A stretch of 64,000 nt of DNA, from assembly GCA_051313645.2 (NCBI GenBank), contig JBNRSN020000005.1, positions 304,730,001-304,794,000 on the forward strand. The letters run 5' to 3'. Origin of the DNA: Centroscyllium fabricii. Its lineage: Eukaryota. Each line of letters starts with the position of its first letter. Position 1 is the first letter of the stretch. Both the position numbers and the translations under genes were made by a program. The notes under the pieces are model-generated. The model ran no database searches and was not told the DNA's origin. It was given only the letters and a program-made list of their open reading frames with translations. Positions 12,001 to 24,769 of this stretch are shown piece by piece.

Positions 12001-13364
12001 CTCTTCTACACGGAATACCTACCTCCTTATAGAAACATAGAAGCTAGGAGCAGGAGTAGGCCATTCGGCCCCTCGAGCCCGCTCCGCCACCCAATGAGAC
12101 CACGGCTGACCATCCAAACCCAGCACCCCACCCCCGCCCTCTCCCCACATCCCTATCGAGCCTGCATCAACACACATCCCACGCCATCCCCGCAACCCCA
12201 CACACTCAATCCCCCCAACACTAAGGGTCAGTCCATCATGGCCAATCAACCTAACCCGCACATCTTTGGACTGACACATCTTTGGACATTGAACTGACCA
12301 TCAACCAAAAATCAACCTTGATGGGTCTAATGGCCGCAAGGGCTTGTGACAACTTGCAACACAGGTCGCCATCCATAAAAAATACAGATGAGTATTCACG
12401 CTTTCCCTTTGCTTTCCCCTGCCCTAATATGCTTACCTCTATGGTTATCAGATGCCTCGATCATGTCTTTTCTCTTTGTGGTATGACTAATTTCATCCAT
12501 TTCGATCGAGGTCCCTCCTTTATGTCTGGTGAACTTAAAAACTATCTCTCCCAATGAGGAATCGCCATGAATAAGACAACACCATATCACCCAATTGGCA
12601 ACGGGCAGGGCGAGCGGTACAACGCCATCATCTGGAACGCTGTCCGCCTGGCACTGCCGTCATGCAACTTACCCGACCAGCAATGGGAAACTGTGCTCCC
12701 CGACGTATTACACTCTATTAGGTCGCTCCTTTCTACGGCTACTAATGTCACGCCACATGAGCGATTCTTTAACCTTCGAAGTCGCTCCACACATGGGTCA
12801 TCTCTGCCATCATGGTTGGTGGCCCCAGGCCCCATGCTACTCTGGAGATTCGTCCGATCGGCCAAGAATGACCCTCTCGTGGATGAGGTGGAGCTAACGG
12901 AGGTAAACCCCACGTATGCACACGTGCGGTATCCTGATGGTCTGGAGTCCACCGTCTCACTCAGGGATCTGGCTCCCTGCCCAACCTGTCGCACGGGTCA
13001 AATTGAAGAGGGATCCCACGATAATAACACGCTACCCCCTTACGAAGATGACGCACAACCTGGGACATCGAGGAATCAGCCAGTAACGACTCAGGATGAC
13101 GTCAGCTCGGCACCTGTGGGGACCCGCACCCACAGTCACGATATTCCCTGTCCTCCACAGGATGATCAAGATGACACAGACTCTACCGGCCCACCAGTAC
13201 GGGCCAAGCGACCCAGATGGCACAATATTCCCCGTCCTCCACTGGACGATCAAGATAACACAGACTCTACCGGCCCACCAGTGCGGGTCAAGAGGCTCCG
13301 GGACCAGGACACGGTCTGGGGTGACGTGCCTTCTAGTCACAAGCGGAGAGCAAAACGACTATGA
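9080..13364 (+). pseudogene. Gypsy gag-pol (gag, PR, RT, RH, IN), disrupted
   Basis: ORF pieces 9080-9340, 9572-10084, 10246-10617, 10655-11704, 11720-12040 and 12567-13364 are in Gypsy domain order with stops and frameshifts. Confidence 0.9.
12029..12290 (-). mobile_element. 5'-truncated HE1 SINE inserted in the Gypsy integrase
   Basis: HE1 tail and body separate RNTYLL from DEYSRFPF. Confidence 0.8.
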
Positions 13365-13426
13365 CTGTTTTTGGTCCGCTTGGTCCGCTAAAGGAGGACT
13401 GGCCTCCCAAACCTAGGGAGGAAAAA

Positions 13427-13691
13427 TGTCGTAAAACCCGACTTGCTAAATAACCTAGGAAGAGTTACTGGTTGGACTTCCAAACAACCTAGGAACAGTT
13501 ACTGGTCGGCTAGCTGGGGGCACCAACCAGGGAGAATAAATACTGGGGCCTAAGCACCAGTTTAAACAGAGACACTCTAGAACTAGGAGACTAGTGACTG
13601 TGAACTAGCTCTCTGTCTTTATGTTATGTTATAAGTTGAATAAAGCCTTGCTTTATGTTCACTAAGAGCTTGGTAAGTCTTTATTACATCA
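13427..13691 (+). repeat. Gypsy 3' LTR with an internal ~34-bp tandem duplication
   Basis: Direct repeat of 8751-8981, preceded by the PPT and followed by the TSD. Confidence 0.93.
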
Positions 13692-14053
13692 CTCTGTCCC
13701 TGCTTTCTCCCCCTATTCCTTTAGCCTTAAGAAATATATCTAAGTCCTTCTTGAATATATTTAATGAATTGGCCTCAACTGCCTTGTGTGGTAGAGAATT
13801 CCACAGGTTCACCACTCTCTGGGTGAAGAAATTCCTCCGCATCTCAGTTCTAAATGGCTTACCCCTTATCCTTAGACTGTGACACCTGGTTCTGGACTCC
13901 CCCACCATCGGCAACATCCTTCCTGCATCTAGTCTGTCCAGTTCTGTTAGAATTTTATAAGTTTCAATGAGATCCCCTCTCATTCTTCTAAACTCTAGCG
14001 AATATAAGCCTAATCGACCCAATCTCTCCTCATGCGTCAAACTTGGGGATATT

Positions 14054-14801
14054 GGCCCAGAAATTGCAGTGGAGCCTTCGTGCGGGTGCAGTACCTGCTT
14101 AACGCACTTTAATTGCCCATATTCAGTTTTGCTTTTTTGCACTGAGAAATTCCCGTTGGCTCCATGCGAGTTTCATGGGCATCTGAAGGGCGTAATTAGT
14201 GCGCGGTGGCTTTTGAGACCACGTGATTGGCAGGGAGCCAATCAGTGGAAGCAATTCTCCGTTCAAAACTTCCACAGAGAAATCTGTGCGAGTTTTGAAA
14301 AGAGATTCCCAAAAGACATCTAAACACAAAAATAAAATTTTACAAACACCACATTTTTTAAACATTACCCCAACTAACACAAATAACCTATTTTAAAGAA
14401 AAAATTAAAATTTGCAGTAATTTTTTTCCACTTCCAACAGGTCTAAAAAAATATTTACCTGTCTTTAAAGTTATCAACAATTAAAAACCTGAAAAAACAA
14501 CAATTAAAATCAATAAAATACACACTTACCAGACAAAAACGGGTGTTTACGACTCCTATTTTCCAGCGTTGAATTTTCTGCTCTTGGTCCGTAGAAAAAC
14601 GTTAAAAAAACATCAGAAAGACTGGGTGATCCCGTAGTTCGCTGCTTCCTGCGCTGGACCTCGCAGGAAGCAGCGACCCCCCCCGCTGGGTGGCACAGGA
14701 AAACCCGAAGCGTGCGCTCCGGCTGCTTCCTGCGGGTTAAAGCTCTGGTGCACTCGCACCAGAGCTTAAACCCGATATGCGCAGACTGCAATTTCTGGGC
14801 C
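14054..14801. mobile_element. PIF/Harbinger-like MITE
   Basis: TIRs GGCCCAGAAATTGCAGT / ACTGCAATTTCTGGGCC; 3-bp TSD ATT. Confidence 0.82.
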
Positions 14802-14839
14802 ATTGCATCTAGTTCCCTCGTCCAGATCATTTATATATA

Positions 14840-15183
14840 CAGGTTGAGCACCGGTAATCCGGCACCCGATGGTCCGGCAACTTCAGTGGTCCGGCACGAA
14901 TCGAAACTGGTGGCCTTCAGTTTGTGGAGCAGCCACTCGGCGGCGCCATTGTTCCCGTGAAGGGTGGGGGAGTGCCGAAGGCATCAGGTGTATGGGTTGC
15001 TGTTTTTACAGTTCTTGTAAGTGTTCTACCCCCGGGCTCCCTCCCAGGGAGTGTTCTTCTGCGCGCTCCGGGCCCCGGGAGTGTTCTACCGCACGCTCCC
15101 CCTGAACCTTCAGTGGTTTGGAATTTTCAGTGGTCCAGCACCAGCCTGGTCCCGAGGGTGCCGGATTACCGGTGCTCAACCTG
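14840..15183. mobile_element. Tc1/mariner-pogo (Tigger-like) MITE
   Basis: TIRs CAGGTTGAGCACCGGTAATCCGGCACCC; TA TSD. Confidence 0.88.
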
Positions 15184-16083
15184 TATTGCGAATAGCTGGG
15201 GTCCTAGCACTGATCCCTGCGGTACCCCACTCGTCACTGCCTGCCACTCGGAAAAAGACTTGTTCATTTCAACTCTTTGCTTCCTGTCTGCCAACCAGTT
15301 CTCTATCCAAGACAGTACCTTACCCCCAATCCCATGTGCTTTAACTTTGCACGCTAATCTCTTATGTGGGACCTTATCAAAAGCCTTCTGAAAGTCCAAA
15401 TAAACCACATCCACTGGTTCTCCCTGATCTATTCTACCAGTTACATCCTCAAAAAATTCCTGTAGATTAGTCAAGCACAATTTACCTTTTGTAAATCCAT
15501 GTTGACTTTGTCCGATCCTGTCACTGTTTTCCAAGTGCTCTGCTATTACATCTTTCATAATGGACTCTAGCATTTTCTCCACTACCGATGTCAGGCTTAC
15601 TGGTCTGTAATTCCCCGTTTTCTCTCTACCACCTTTTTTAAATCATGGGGTTACATGAACTACCCTTCAATCCATGGGAACTGTTCCAGAGTCTATAGAA
15701 TTTTGGAAGATGACCAGCAATGCATCTACTATTTCTAGGGCCACTTCCTTAAGTACCCTAGGTTGTAGATTATCAGGCCCTGGGGATTTATCGGCCTTCA
15801 ATCCCATCACCTTCCCCAAAACCATTTCCCTAGAAATACTGATTTCTTTCAGTTCCTCCCCCTCATTAGTCCCTGTGTTCCCCAACATCTCTGGGAGGTT
15901 ATTTGTGTCCTCCTTCATGAAGACAGAACCAAGGTATGTATTTAATTGGTCTGCCATTTCTTTGTTCCCCGTTATAAATTCCCCTGATTCTGACTGCAGG
16001 GGACCTACACTTGACTTCACCAATCTTTTTCTCTTCACATATCTATAGAAGCTTTTACAGTCAGTTTTATTTTCCCTGCAAGC

Positions 16084-16255
16084 ATGATTTCGGTTGATGG
16101 ATAAATATTGGCCAAGATACTGGAGTAAACTCTTCTTTGAATAGTGCCATGGGATCTTTTACTTCAATCTGAGAGGACAGATGGGGCCTCGGTTTAATGT
16201 CTCATCTGAAGGACGGCATCTCCGACTGTTCAGCGCTCCCTCCTCAAAACTGCAC
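16084..16255 (-). mobile_element. Deu-domain SINE, 5'/core half
   Basis: GCCATGGGATCTTTTAC...GGGCCTCGGTTTAATGTCTCATC is the Deu-domain signature. Confidence 0.7.
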
Positions 16256-17344
16256 TTTTATTTCATTTACAATTTCTAATTTTGTGAAAATGCTTAAACA
16301 AATAATGTATTGTTAATGTCCCACTCTGAGCTGTCAGAAAAGTTACCAGAGGGCCAAACTTAACCCAGTCCACTCGGTGGGAATGGGGCAGGCAGGGGTC
16401 CTTGCACCAACCCGGCACTGTTCCTGCCACCCACCATTTTAACTTACGAGTTTCTGGCTGCATGTCAGTCACATGCCCAAGGGAAGGGGGTGGGGTCCTA
16501 ATTAAAAGGTTGAAGTCAAGCTCCAATGAAGTCATTTGCTATCGTCCAATGATGTCATACCCACTGCATTTTAACCCAAAATCGTGAATGCGTCTCCGAG
16601 CCTTGGACCACCAGCAGATCTAGCTGGATTGGTGTCTCACAGTTCCTGAAGCAGTACAAAAGGGAGTTCTCAATTGCAGTTCACTGGATCTGAGGGTTTT
16701 TTGCTGTCTGGTTTTCCAGGGGAATTTCCAGCTTCCAGATCACTACTTCCACACTTTTGTTGCCTGACAACCCTTCAGTCAGCTTTCTCTATTTACTATG
16801 GGTGCTATTCCTGTTTCTTTGTGCTGGATCTGCGGGGGCTCCCTGCAATATGCCCCAGATAGAGTCTCACGCATCATTGTGGTCTGTTTCATATTATACA
16901 ACATTGCATTGTAGAGAGGCTTGCATTTGGAAGAGGCAGTCCTGCAGCAGCAATTGTCATCAGGCAAGGAAGACCTGGGGGAAAGAGAAAAAGCAGCAAA
17001 AGGAGAAGGGGCACAGAAATGTCAGGGATCTCAACCAGAGATGTCAGTGATCAGCTCATAGCTCAGTGATTCCGTTAAGCTTCTCACACCCCTGCCCTGC
17101 GAAACTAAACAGTCCCTCTGCATAACAGTTCTTATCACATTCTTCCCCACTTCCTTCATCCTGCATTGAAGAACATTCAAGTCATTCAGACAACTTCTAT
17201 ATCAATGGCATTCTGACCATGCTGACTCAGACGATGTTATGAAACCACACTGTAGACCAAAGTGCCAAATGTAATAAAGGCGATTCATTTAATGCCTTCC
17301 ATTCATTTCTCACCCAGGTGATCAACTCACAGAGCTTTTCTTTG

Positions 17345-17690
17345 AAATAACAACAGAAAATGCTGGGAAAACTCAGCAGGCCAGGCAGCATCGGTGGAGA
17401 GAGAAATATAGAGTCGACGTTTCGGGTTGGGACCCTTTATCAAGACTAAAGCTGGGGAATGAAACAAGCAGGAAGGCGGGGGGAGGTGGGAGGGAACAAA
17501 GAGAAGACAGCTCAAAGAGAAAAGACTTTGAGAGGTATTCAAAATGAGACGAGATGCTGTGGACAGGAGACAGCTGTTGATTAGGTGTGAAAACAGAGCG
17601 GGAGGTGGCTGCCACGATAGAGAAAAGAAAGGCCAAATAAAAGGTGTGGATAAAAAGAGGTAAAAATATAATGGGGGCCAGAGTTATGTG
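17345..17690 (-). mobile_element. Penelope-like element terminal fragment
   Basis: Starts with the same sequence as the Penelope copy at 56805 (AACAACAGAAAA.GCTGG.AAACTCAGCAGGCCAGGCAGCATC); contains a degenerate hammerhead core. Confidence 0.7.
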
Positions 17691-18464
17691 CTTTTCTTTG
17701 AAGAAGGTTTCCTATCTCTACTTCTCCCACAAGGTGCTCCTGTAGTGACCTCAGCAGCGCTTCTCCTCATGTAGGGACACTTGAAACGCACGTGGCTGCT
17801 GACTTGCAGGCTGCTGCAGTCTTGCCCAGCTGATCTGCTGCCACTATGATGGGTATCGGTTGAGGGGAGAGCGAATGTGAAGACGTGCTGATACCCTAAA
17901 AGAGACCATCACGTGCTGCTCCCATTGCGTCACCGCCACTGCCTTGGGACTGGGGTTCATCACTCCCAGTAATCTGTGGGGGAGCAGATTGCAGAAAATG
18001 ACCAACCCCTTCAAAGCCCCTATCCTTTCGATCCACCATGCTCTCCATTGTGGAGCCCAGAGTCTGCATGGCAGACATTTGAGCTTCCCCCAAAGCTTCC
18101 AAGCAGGCTAGCGTGGACTCCTGCTGTGAGGGCCCGGCTGCAGCGTCCCTGGAGGGGACCACACTATGCAGGGAGTTAAAATGACCTAGGCCTCTTGGCG
18201 ACAACATCATGGGGACTTGGCGCCCACACTGCTCCACCCCGCCCATCCGATTCCCACCCCAACTTAAAATTTGGGGTTCATGTGTTTGCAATACTGATTG
18301 TGTGTGTTAATACAAGTCTCCCATGAAAGATAGGCTGTGTTTGCATTTAAGCAACCATGGTCAACAAAAAGGGTAAGAGACAGTATTAAGCTAAAATAAA
18401 AGGCTTACACAAATGCAAAAAAAAGTGGAAATGAAATCAAAATCTACTCCAGAGAGTTGTATAT

Positions 18465-19790
18465 CCGAGTTTGTTGTAAGTTGCATAGATGGGAGCAGGA
18501 AGTTACAAAGGGACATAGACAGATTAAGTGAGTGGAAAAGACTCTGGCATATGGAGTTCAATGTGGGGAAGCGTGAGGTAATCCACTTTGGATCCAAGGA
18601 AGACAAATCAGAATATTTTCTAAATGGCGAGAGAACAGAAACTGTGGACGAGCAAAGGGATTTGGGTGTCCAGGTACAAAAATCACTAAAAAACCAGTGC
18701 ACAGGTACAAAAAGTCATTAGAAAGGCTAATAAAATGTAAAAAGACACACAACACCAGGTTATAGTCCAACAGTTTTATTTGAAATCACAAGCTTTCAGA
18801 GCACTGCTCCTTCGTCAGGTGAAGTGAAGAGATACATATAGGCACAGCATATATAGTCAGAGAACACTGCCAGATGATTACAGGTAATCTTTCCTACTGC
18901 CCTTTATCACTCCTCAGCAGAGGGATAATCACAGCAATCAAAGGTGTGAATGGTGTCCAAACAGGCCATTCAGGAAAACATTACATCAAAGAACAATGAG
19001 GTGGGGGTCACAGGGGATCAAATGTTGCAGATGCTGGGGTCTGTATGAAAAACAAACTAGAAACCATTAAAAAAAATTTTTTTTTGCTGGAAATCACAGC
19101 AGGTTCGGCCGCATCTGTGTAGAGGACAAGCCAACGACGACTCATAATAAAATGCTGGCCTTTATCTCAAGAGGGTTTGAATACAAAGGGGAAGAAGTTA
19201 TGCTTTAGCTGTAGAGCGTTGGTCAGAGCCCACCTGGAGTATTGTGTCCAGTTCCGGGCGCCGCACCTCAGGAAGGATATATTGGCCTTAGAGTGGGTAC
19301 AGTGCAGATTTACCAAAATGATACCAGGGCTTAAAGGGTTAAATTATGAGGAGAGGTTGTATAAACGTGGGTTGCATTCCCTTGAGTTTAGAAGGTTGAT
19401 GGGCGATCTCATTGAGGTGTTTAAAATTATAAAAGGATTTGATAGGGTAGATACACAGAAGCTATTTCCTCTGGTGGGAGAATCCAGAAAATGGGGGCAC
19501 CATCTTAATTAGAGCCAGACCATTCAGGAGTAAAATCAGGAAGCGCTTTTTCACCTGAAGGGTAGTGGAAATGTATTATCTGTCTCCCCAAAAGGCAGTG
19601 GCTGCTGGGTCAATTGAAATTTTTAAGACTGAGATCGATAGACTTTTATTAGGCAAGGGTATCAAGGGATATCGATCAAAGGTGGATAAATGGAGTTGTG
19701 GTACAGATCAGCCATGATCTAATTAAATGAGAGAACAGGCTCAAGATGCTGTATGGCCTACTTCTGCTCGCTCCTATGTTCCTATGGCAT
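18465..19790 (+). mobile_element. CR1 LINE 3' portion, interrupted by a Penelope insertion
   Basis: LQRDIDRLSEW..WHMEFN and [13 protein letters not shown] motifs plus CR1 tail. Confidence 0.85.
18738..19144 (-). mobile_element. Penelope-like insertion (pseudo-LTR fragments)
   Basis: 10-bp direct repeat TAATAAAATG at 18728-18737 and 19145-19154; start matches the pLTR at 52921. Confidence 0.72.
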
Positions 19791-19899
19791 GTCTGTGTGA
19801 GAAACTGTGCCAGAAAGAAATACTGTGCATTTGTGATAGAGAATCAGTGTAATCGTTTGTTTATCAGAGACTCCTCCTGTGTAATGGTGCTCTTACACT

Positions 19900-20770
19900 A
19901 TTGGTACAGATAACATATATCGGTGTGTTATTTTTGGGGCAGCAGGATTTTTTTTAATGTGATTGATCAGTAAGTGTTATTTTATGGTTATATTGATGTG
20001 TGTTATTTTTTAGGGTATCAGTGTACGTTATAGAAACATAGAAACTAGGAGCAGGAGTAGGCCATTCGGCCCTTCGAGCCTGCTCCGCCATTCAATGAGA
20101 TCATGGCAGATCATCCAAACCCAGTACCCCGCCCCTGCCCTCCCCCCATATCCCTCGATCCCTCTCGAGCCTCCATCAACACACATCCCACCCTATCCCC
20201 GTAACCCCACCTATTTCATCCCCCTAACACTAAGGGTCAATTTATCATGGACAATCAACCTAACCCCGCACATCTTTGGACTGTGGGAGGAAACCGGAGC
20301 ACCCGGAGGAAACCCATGGGTTATCAGTGTACGTTATGTTATGGGTATATCAGTACTATTTTTTGGGTGCCAGCGCATGTTATTCTATGGGATATCAGTG
20401 TACTTTTTATGGGTCTATCTGTGCATGCTTTTATGGGTTATCAGTGTATGTTAATTTATGGGTATACCAATGTATGTTATTTAATTGGTATATCAGTCAG
20501 TGTTCTCTTTAGGACACCTGTAAGTGTTAATTTGGGGCTATCAGTGTATTTTATTGGATATCAGTGCAAGTCATTTTATGAGTATACCAATGCATATTAT
20601 TTTTAGGGTATAATATGGGTATATTGTGAGTGTTATTTTATGGGATATCAATATATGTTATTATAGGTATATCAGTGGAGTAATGTTTTAGGGTATTAGT
20701 GCATGTTAATTTATAGGTATATAAATGAGTGTTATTTTATGGAGTACAAGGGATTTTTGGGGGGGTATCA
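19900..20770. repeat. Degenerate ~25-bp minisatellite (consensus approx. TATCAGTGTATGTTATTTTTATGGG)
   Basis: Recurrent TATCAGTG...TTATGGG units visible by eye. Confidence 0.7.
20032..20316 (-). mobile_element. 5'-truncated HE1 SINE
   Basis: HE1 tail and V core; flanked by 16-bp TATCAGTGTACGTTAT direct repeats (20016-20031, 20322-20337). Confidence 0.85.
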
Positions 20771-23700
20771 TGTTAAAAATATAACCTAAAACAGGTTTTA
20801 AAATTGGCAATCATAACTACCTTTAATGATCTTTAAGCATACTACAAAGAGAAATATTGTCATCTTGATCATGATGTCCATATGTAATGTCACTTGTTTA
20901 CTGTGGCCGAGCAAGACAAAATCCATTTTCATTGCTTTTCATTTGTTTAACCAGGAATAGCATTCCATAACTCTGTTCATTTATAATTACCACCATTGGT
21001 TTATGGTGACTGAATAAGTCAAATTCCATTTTTATTACATAATATCCTGGGATTTTATTGGTGTTTTTTCAAATCGTATTCAGTGATTCCACCCATTTTT
21101 CCACGAAGACTGAACTTGGCCTGGCTGCATACTCCATAATGTTGAGGACTTAAAAAAAAGATATAGAATTATGATAAAGGGTTTCATTCAGACAAAGTAA
21201 ATGCTATTTCTCAAACCACCGTAGTGTAAACTTATTTTACCTAACTTATTTAAGTTTTTACTTCTCTTACTTATTTCCTTCTTGACGTATCTCTTTATTC
21301 TTTCAGTTTCAATCTTTCTTTCTTTTACTGCACCTCAGTACGTGTCTATGGTTTCGAACTATATACTATGTTAACAGCATTCTCAGAATCGACGACTGGC
21401 TCCTTTCTCCCAAGTACAGTGCGGCCGTGAAGCCTTCGAACCATTAAAAGGAAAAGTGCCTGCTTTTGGTTTGTTCAATGTAAACACTCTGCCTGCTGCA
21501 ATACGTGATTCAGGGACTGAGTGACTGTTTCAAATGCTTATAAGTGAAATCATTCCAGGACTCTGAGTACATCTTGGATCAATTAATATGGTTCATTTCC
21601 AGTCACGCCTCAGCAAATATTGAATAACTCATTTAAAAAAGGATAAACTTTATTTAACGAAATTCTCTGGACATTAATACTAGTTCTCAATAAATACCTA
21701 TTCTGTCATTTAATAGCAAATTAACGTTGCTGCAGTTCTCTCAGGTAACGTCCTATTGTGTTGCAAACGATTTCGTCGAAGAGAGAGCAGTTTGAAACTT
21801 AAGGGCTCCGCGTTTACTTTGCCTCTATTTAATACGATGAATAATGAAATATGTCGTGTATAATTATGCATGCTTGTTCTACGTAGGGCTATCGAAGTAA
21901 CCTTTTCTACAAACATGTCACAATTATTTACGATGAAATGCACGAGTTGTTTTACTAATTGAACATCTTGGGACTGAGGGTTCTTTATATTTATTAACAT
22001 CTGCCGAAACTTCAGACTTTTTTCAATCCTCCCACACCTTGCTCAGACAAACCAATAGCGGGGAACTTCAGCTTCGTCTTGGGCAACAACTACAACAACA
22101 AAAAAATCAATATAAACAGATCAATAATAAAGTAAGAGTGTAAACAATCCATGCATCAAAGCTCATGTGTGCAGCATTTCCATATAATGAATATATTTTG
22201 TTGCTAATGTACTTTTGAGTCTGTTCTGATGTTTACCACGCGATTAGGTCTAATCACACTGCCGCCAGAAACGGGCCAGGATTTAGAAGATAAACAAAAA
22301 TAAGATGCTACTGGCGAAGATTAATGTCCTCGTCTTCAATAAAACTTTCCTTTCTGTATTGGTAAATAAACAGGATGGCGCAGACTCCGAGATGCAGCAG
22401 AGATTGCCAGAGAGCAGGATCCACCGAACTGAATCTCATTTCTGGGGCTGGATAAGGTGTTTATTTACTGCAGGCTGTGGTGTCTTTGAGAGATCCACCC
22501 TGTGTGCGTGTGTATATATATAATTTTTGCAAGTGTTTTTGGAAAGTTGTAGTCCTGATAAAATCCCCTAATGCATGCCCATGCCTCCAGCAAGCCCACA
22601 GCGTCCTCAGACTTGAAGATGAGCAGCCTGGTATCTGCGTGTATTACGCTTAATCTGCTCCATGTCCTTTGCTATTTTTTCCAATCTTTCCAATGTTCGG
22701 GTCATGACCCTTGCTGGTTGGTTGCCGCCAGGGACACAATAAACTGTGAAAACATTATGCTTAAATAAAAAATAACGGGCCAATTAAATATAACAATCCT
22801 CTTATTATGGCAATGTTAACCATAAGGTTTTCTCTGTGGTATATTCAAATCAGACATGGTTTTGACCTATCAACATTAATAATGCACATTAATACAGTAT
22901 TAATTAATTAAGGTGCGTGTTGACATTGATGTTATTTTTTCATCTTCAATTGAATCGTTTTGATGGGTATTAGTATCAGAAATACTTCAATCAATATTTT
23001 TACAATGCAAAATATATATATTGTAGAAATCATCTGAAATTTAAAACTGGTTATTTATCTCGCCTGGTTCACGCACTTTAACATTTACTTACACCTTGGA
23101 ACATAGCTACGCTCGATCTCAGAGGTTTGAGATCACCAATAACAAGAGAAAATACCATTAAAATTGATAAGCTTAGAGAAATAATCAAACGCGTCATTAC
23201 CAGTTTGGGCTCCCCCCTCCACCCCCCAAAACCCGGAAGTAAGCAGTAGCCTTTTTATTCCCCACAACACGTGGAGTGCAAATCTGATTTACCAAATATA
23301 GTCGCACAAAGAAAAATGGGAATTTGCCGATCAAAGATCAAAGTGCTAGCAACTCCACCTCGAATCCCTCCTCCACTATTAGTCCTCTTACAGAACATCA
23401 ATTTTTCACACATCAATGATGGCTTAATAATAGTTGAAAGACAGTTGCATAAGGATGCAAATCTTGCCTTTGTCTTTGCAATGCTTTATAACGTGCATGT
23501 GCTGATTTAACATAGCTAAGTAAAAAGCGATCCCTTTTGTATCGGCGCTGCAGAGGCGTTAGTAATCGCCCGAATCAAAGGCGATGTAGAGATGTTAATT
23601 CCCCGTACAGTTTATACACAGCATGCTCATTTGATGCACCAACACACTTCATTCATAAGCTGGTTTAATAAAAGGGCAGAAAATAAATTATTGACCATCA

Positions 23701-24579
23701 CATAAATATTTAACCCCAAATTTGTAAAAAAAAGTGATTGTGCTATGTATAGAATATAATTAAATGTATTGTGTTTTTCTATTATTTATTTACTTGGAAA
23801 TGAAAACGTTTTCAAATGGATTAACTAACTATGTGCAAACTACCTTATAATATTGTCTTTTTTGTCAAATATAGCTTACTTTAAGTGAAGTGCATCGTCA
23901 CATTATATAAGCTGCAAAAACGATGTACCCCTATATATTTGTATTTGGACAACCTTGCACTTTAAGCTACTGAGATAGTGATATTGTGATGTCCTGGTGC
24001 AAACTAATTTCAATTTACACAAGCTACCATATTTCAATTCATATTTCAGGTTACATCTCATAAACACACGCGTCCATTGAACTCCAAATAATGGTCCGGC
24101 ACGATTTAAACTTTCCGTTTCAGTAGGTTACCTATCACTCCCGTATGGTTTATTCATTATTAAAATTACTATCACTACAATGCTCTGTATTCGTAAACAT
24201 GCAAAAGTCGCTATTCACACGGTTCCCGGCAGCTATGTGAAGAAATAAAAGTAATAAGATTAAAACACCTTTTTTATTTGTCCAGCAGAAGGAAATACAT
24301 TGCTGCACACTTAATAACTGCACGGCACTAACAAAAGCAACGCAGAAGAATTACAAACGATTATTACTGTTTATGTGGAATGGCTCAGTGCGGATCAGCA
24401 TTGTGCAGTTAGAAATCTGATAGATCAGGCCAAGCACTTAACACACATGCAAAAAAAAAGATGTCAATTTTAAAACAGTTACTATCTAGGAAGGGGAAAA
24501 AAAGATCGATTGCAAGCAAGTAAGGTAGCACAGGTTGCAATCTGTCTATCTATATCTAAAGGCTGCACAGGTTACAATA

Positions 24580-24585
24580 TCTATC

Positions 24586-24612
<27 letters not shown>
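24580..24612. repeat. (AT)n microsatellite
   Basis: Visible run. Confidence 0.9.
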
Positions 24613-24616
<4 letters not shown>

Positions 24617-24769
24617 AAAACTAGAATGGAGTCGGAAAACCCTTGATGGTTTGGTGTAAAAAAAACTGGAGCAAAAGTTAGCAGATCAAAACAAAGCAAG
24701 AAATTTAAAAAAAAATTGAGGAAAGCAAGTTCAAGGGCTTGAGATTAGCACTAAAAGCCTCAGCCAGCC

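Larger units (their letters stand above)
8751..13691 (+). mobile_element. Full-length decayed Ty3/Gypsy LTR retrotransposon (Mag-like)
   Basis: Paired LTRs, CTCTG TSD (8746-8750, 13692-13696), PPT AGGGAGGAAAAA at 13415-13426; gag zinc knuckle CNYCNKKGHFSKVC, protease (LIDS), RT (YLDN), RNase H (CDAS), integrase (FPFAFPC, GQGERYN). Confidence 0.95.
8651..16083 (-). mobile_element. 5'-truncated, internally deleted CR1 LINE hosting a Gypsy element and two MITEs
   Basis: CR1 segments 8651-8750, 13692-14053, 14802-14839 and 15184-16083 are collinear with the + strand CR1 at 3320-5607; ATGAT TSD at 8646-8650 and 16084-16088. Confidence 0.85.

Noticed and set aside
16350-18280. Possible decayed autonomous Harbinger relic around the Penelope fragment
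   Set aside because: TIRs and coding similarity too degraded to support by eye.
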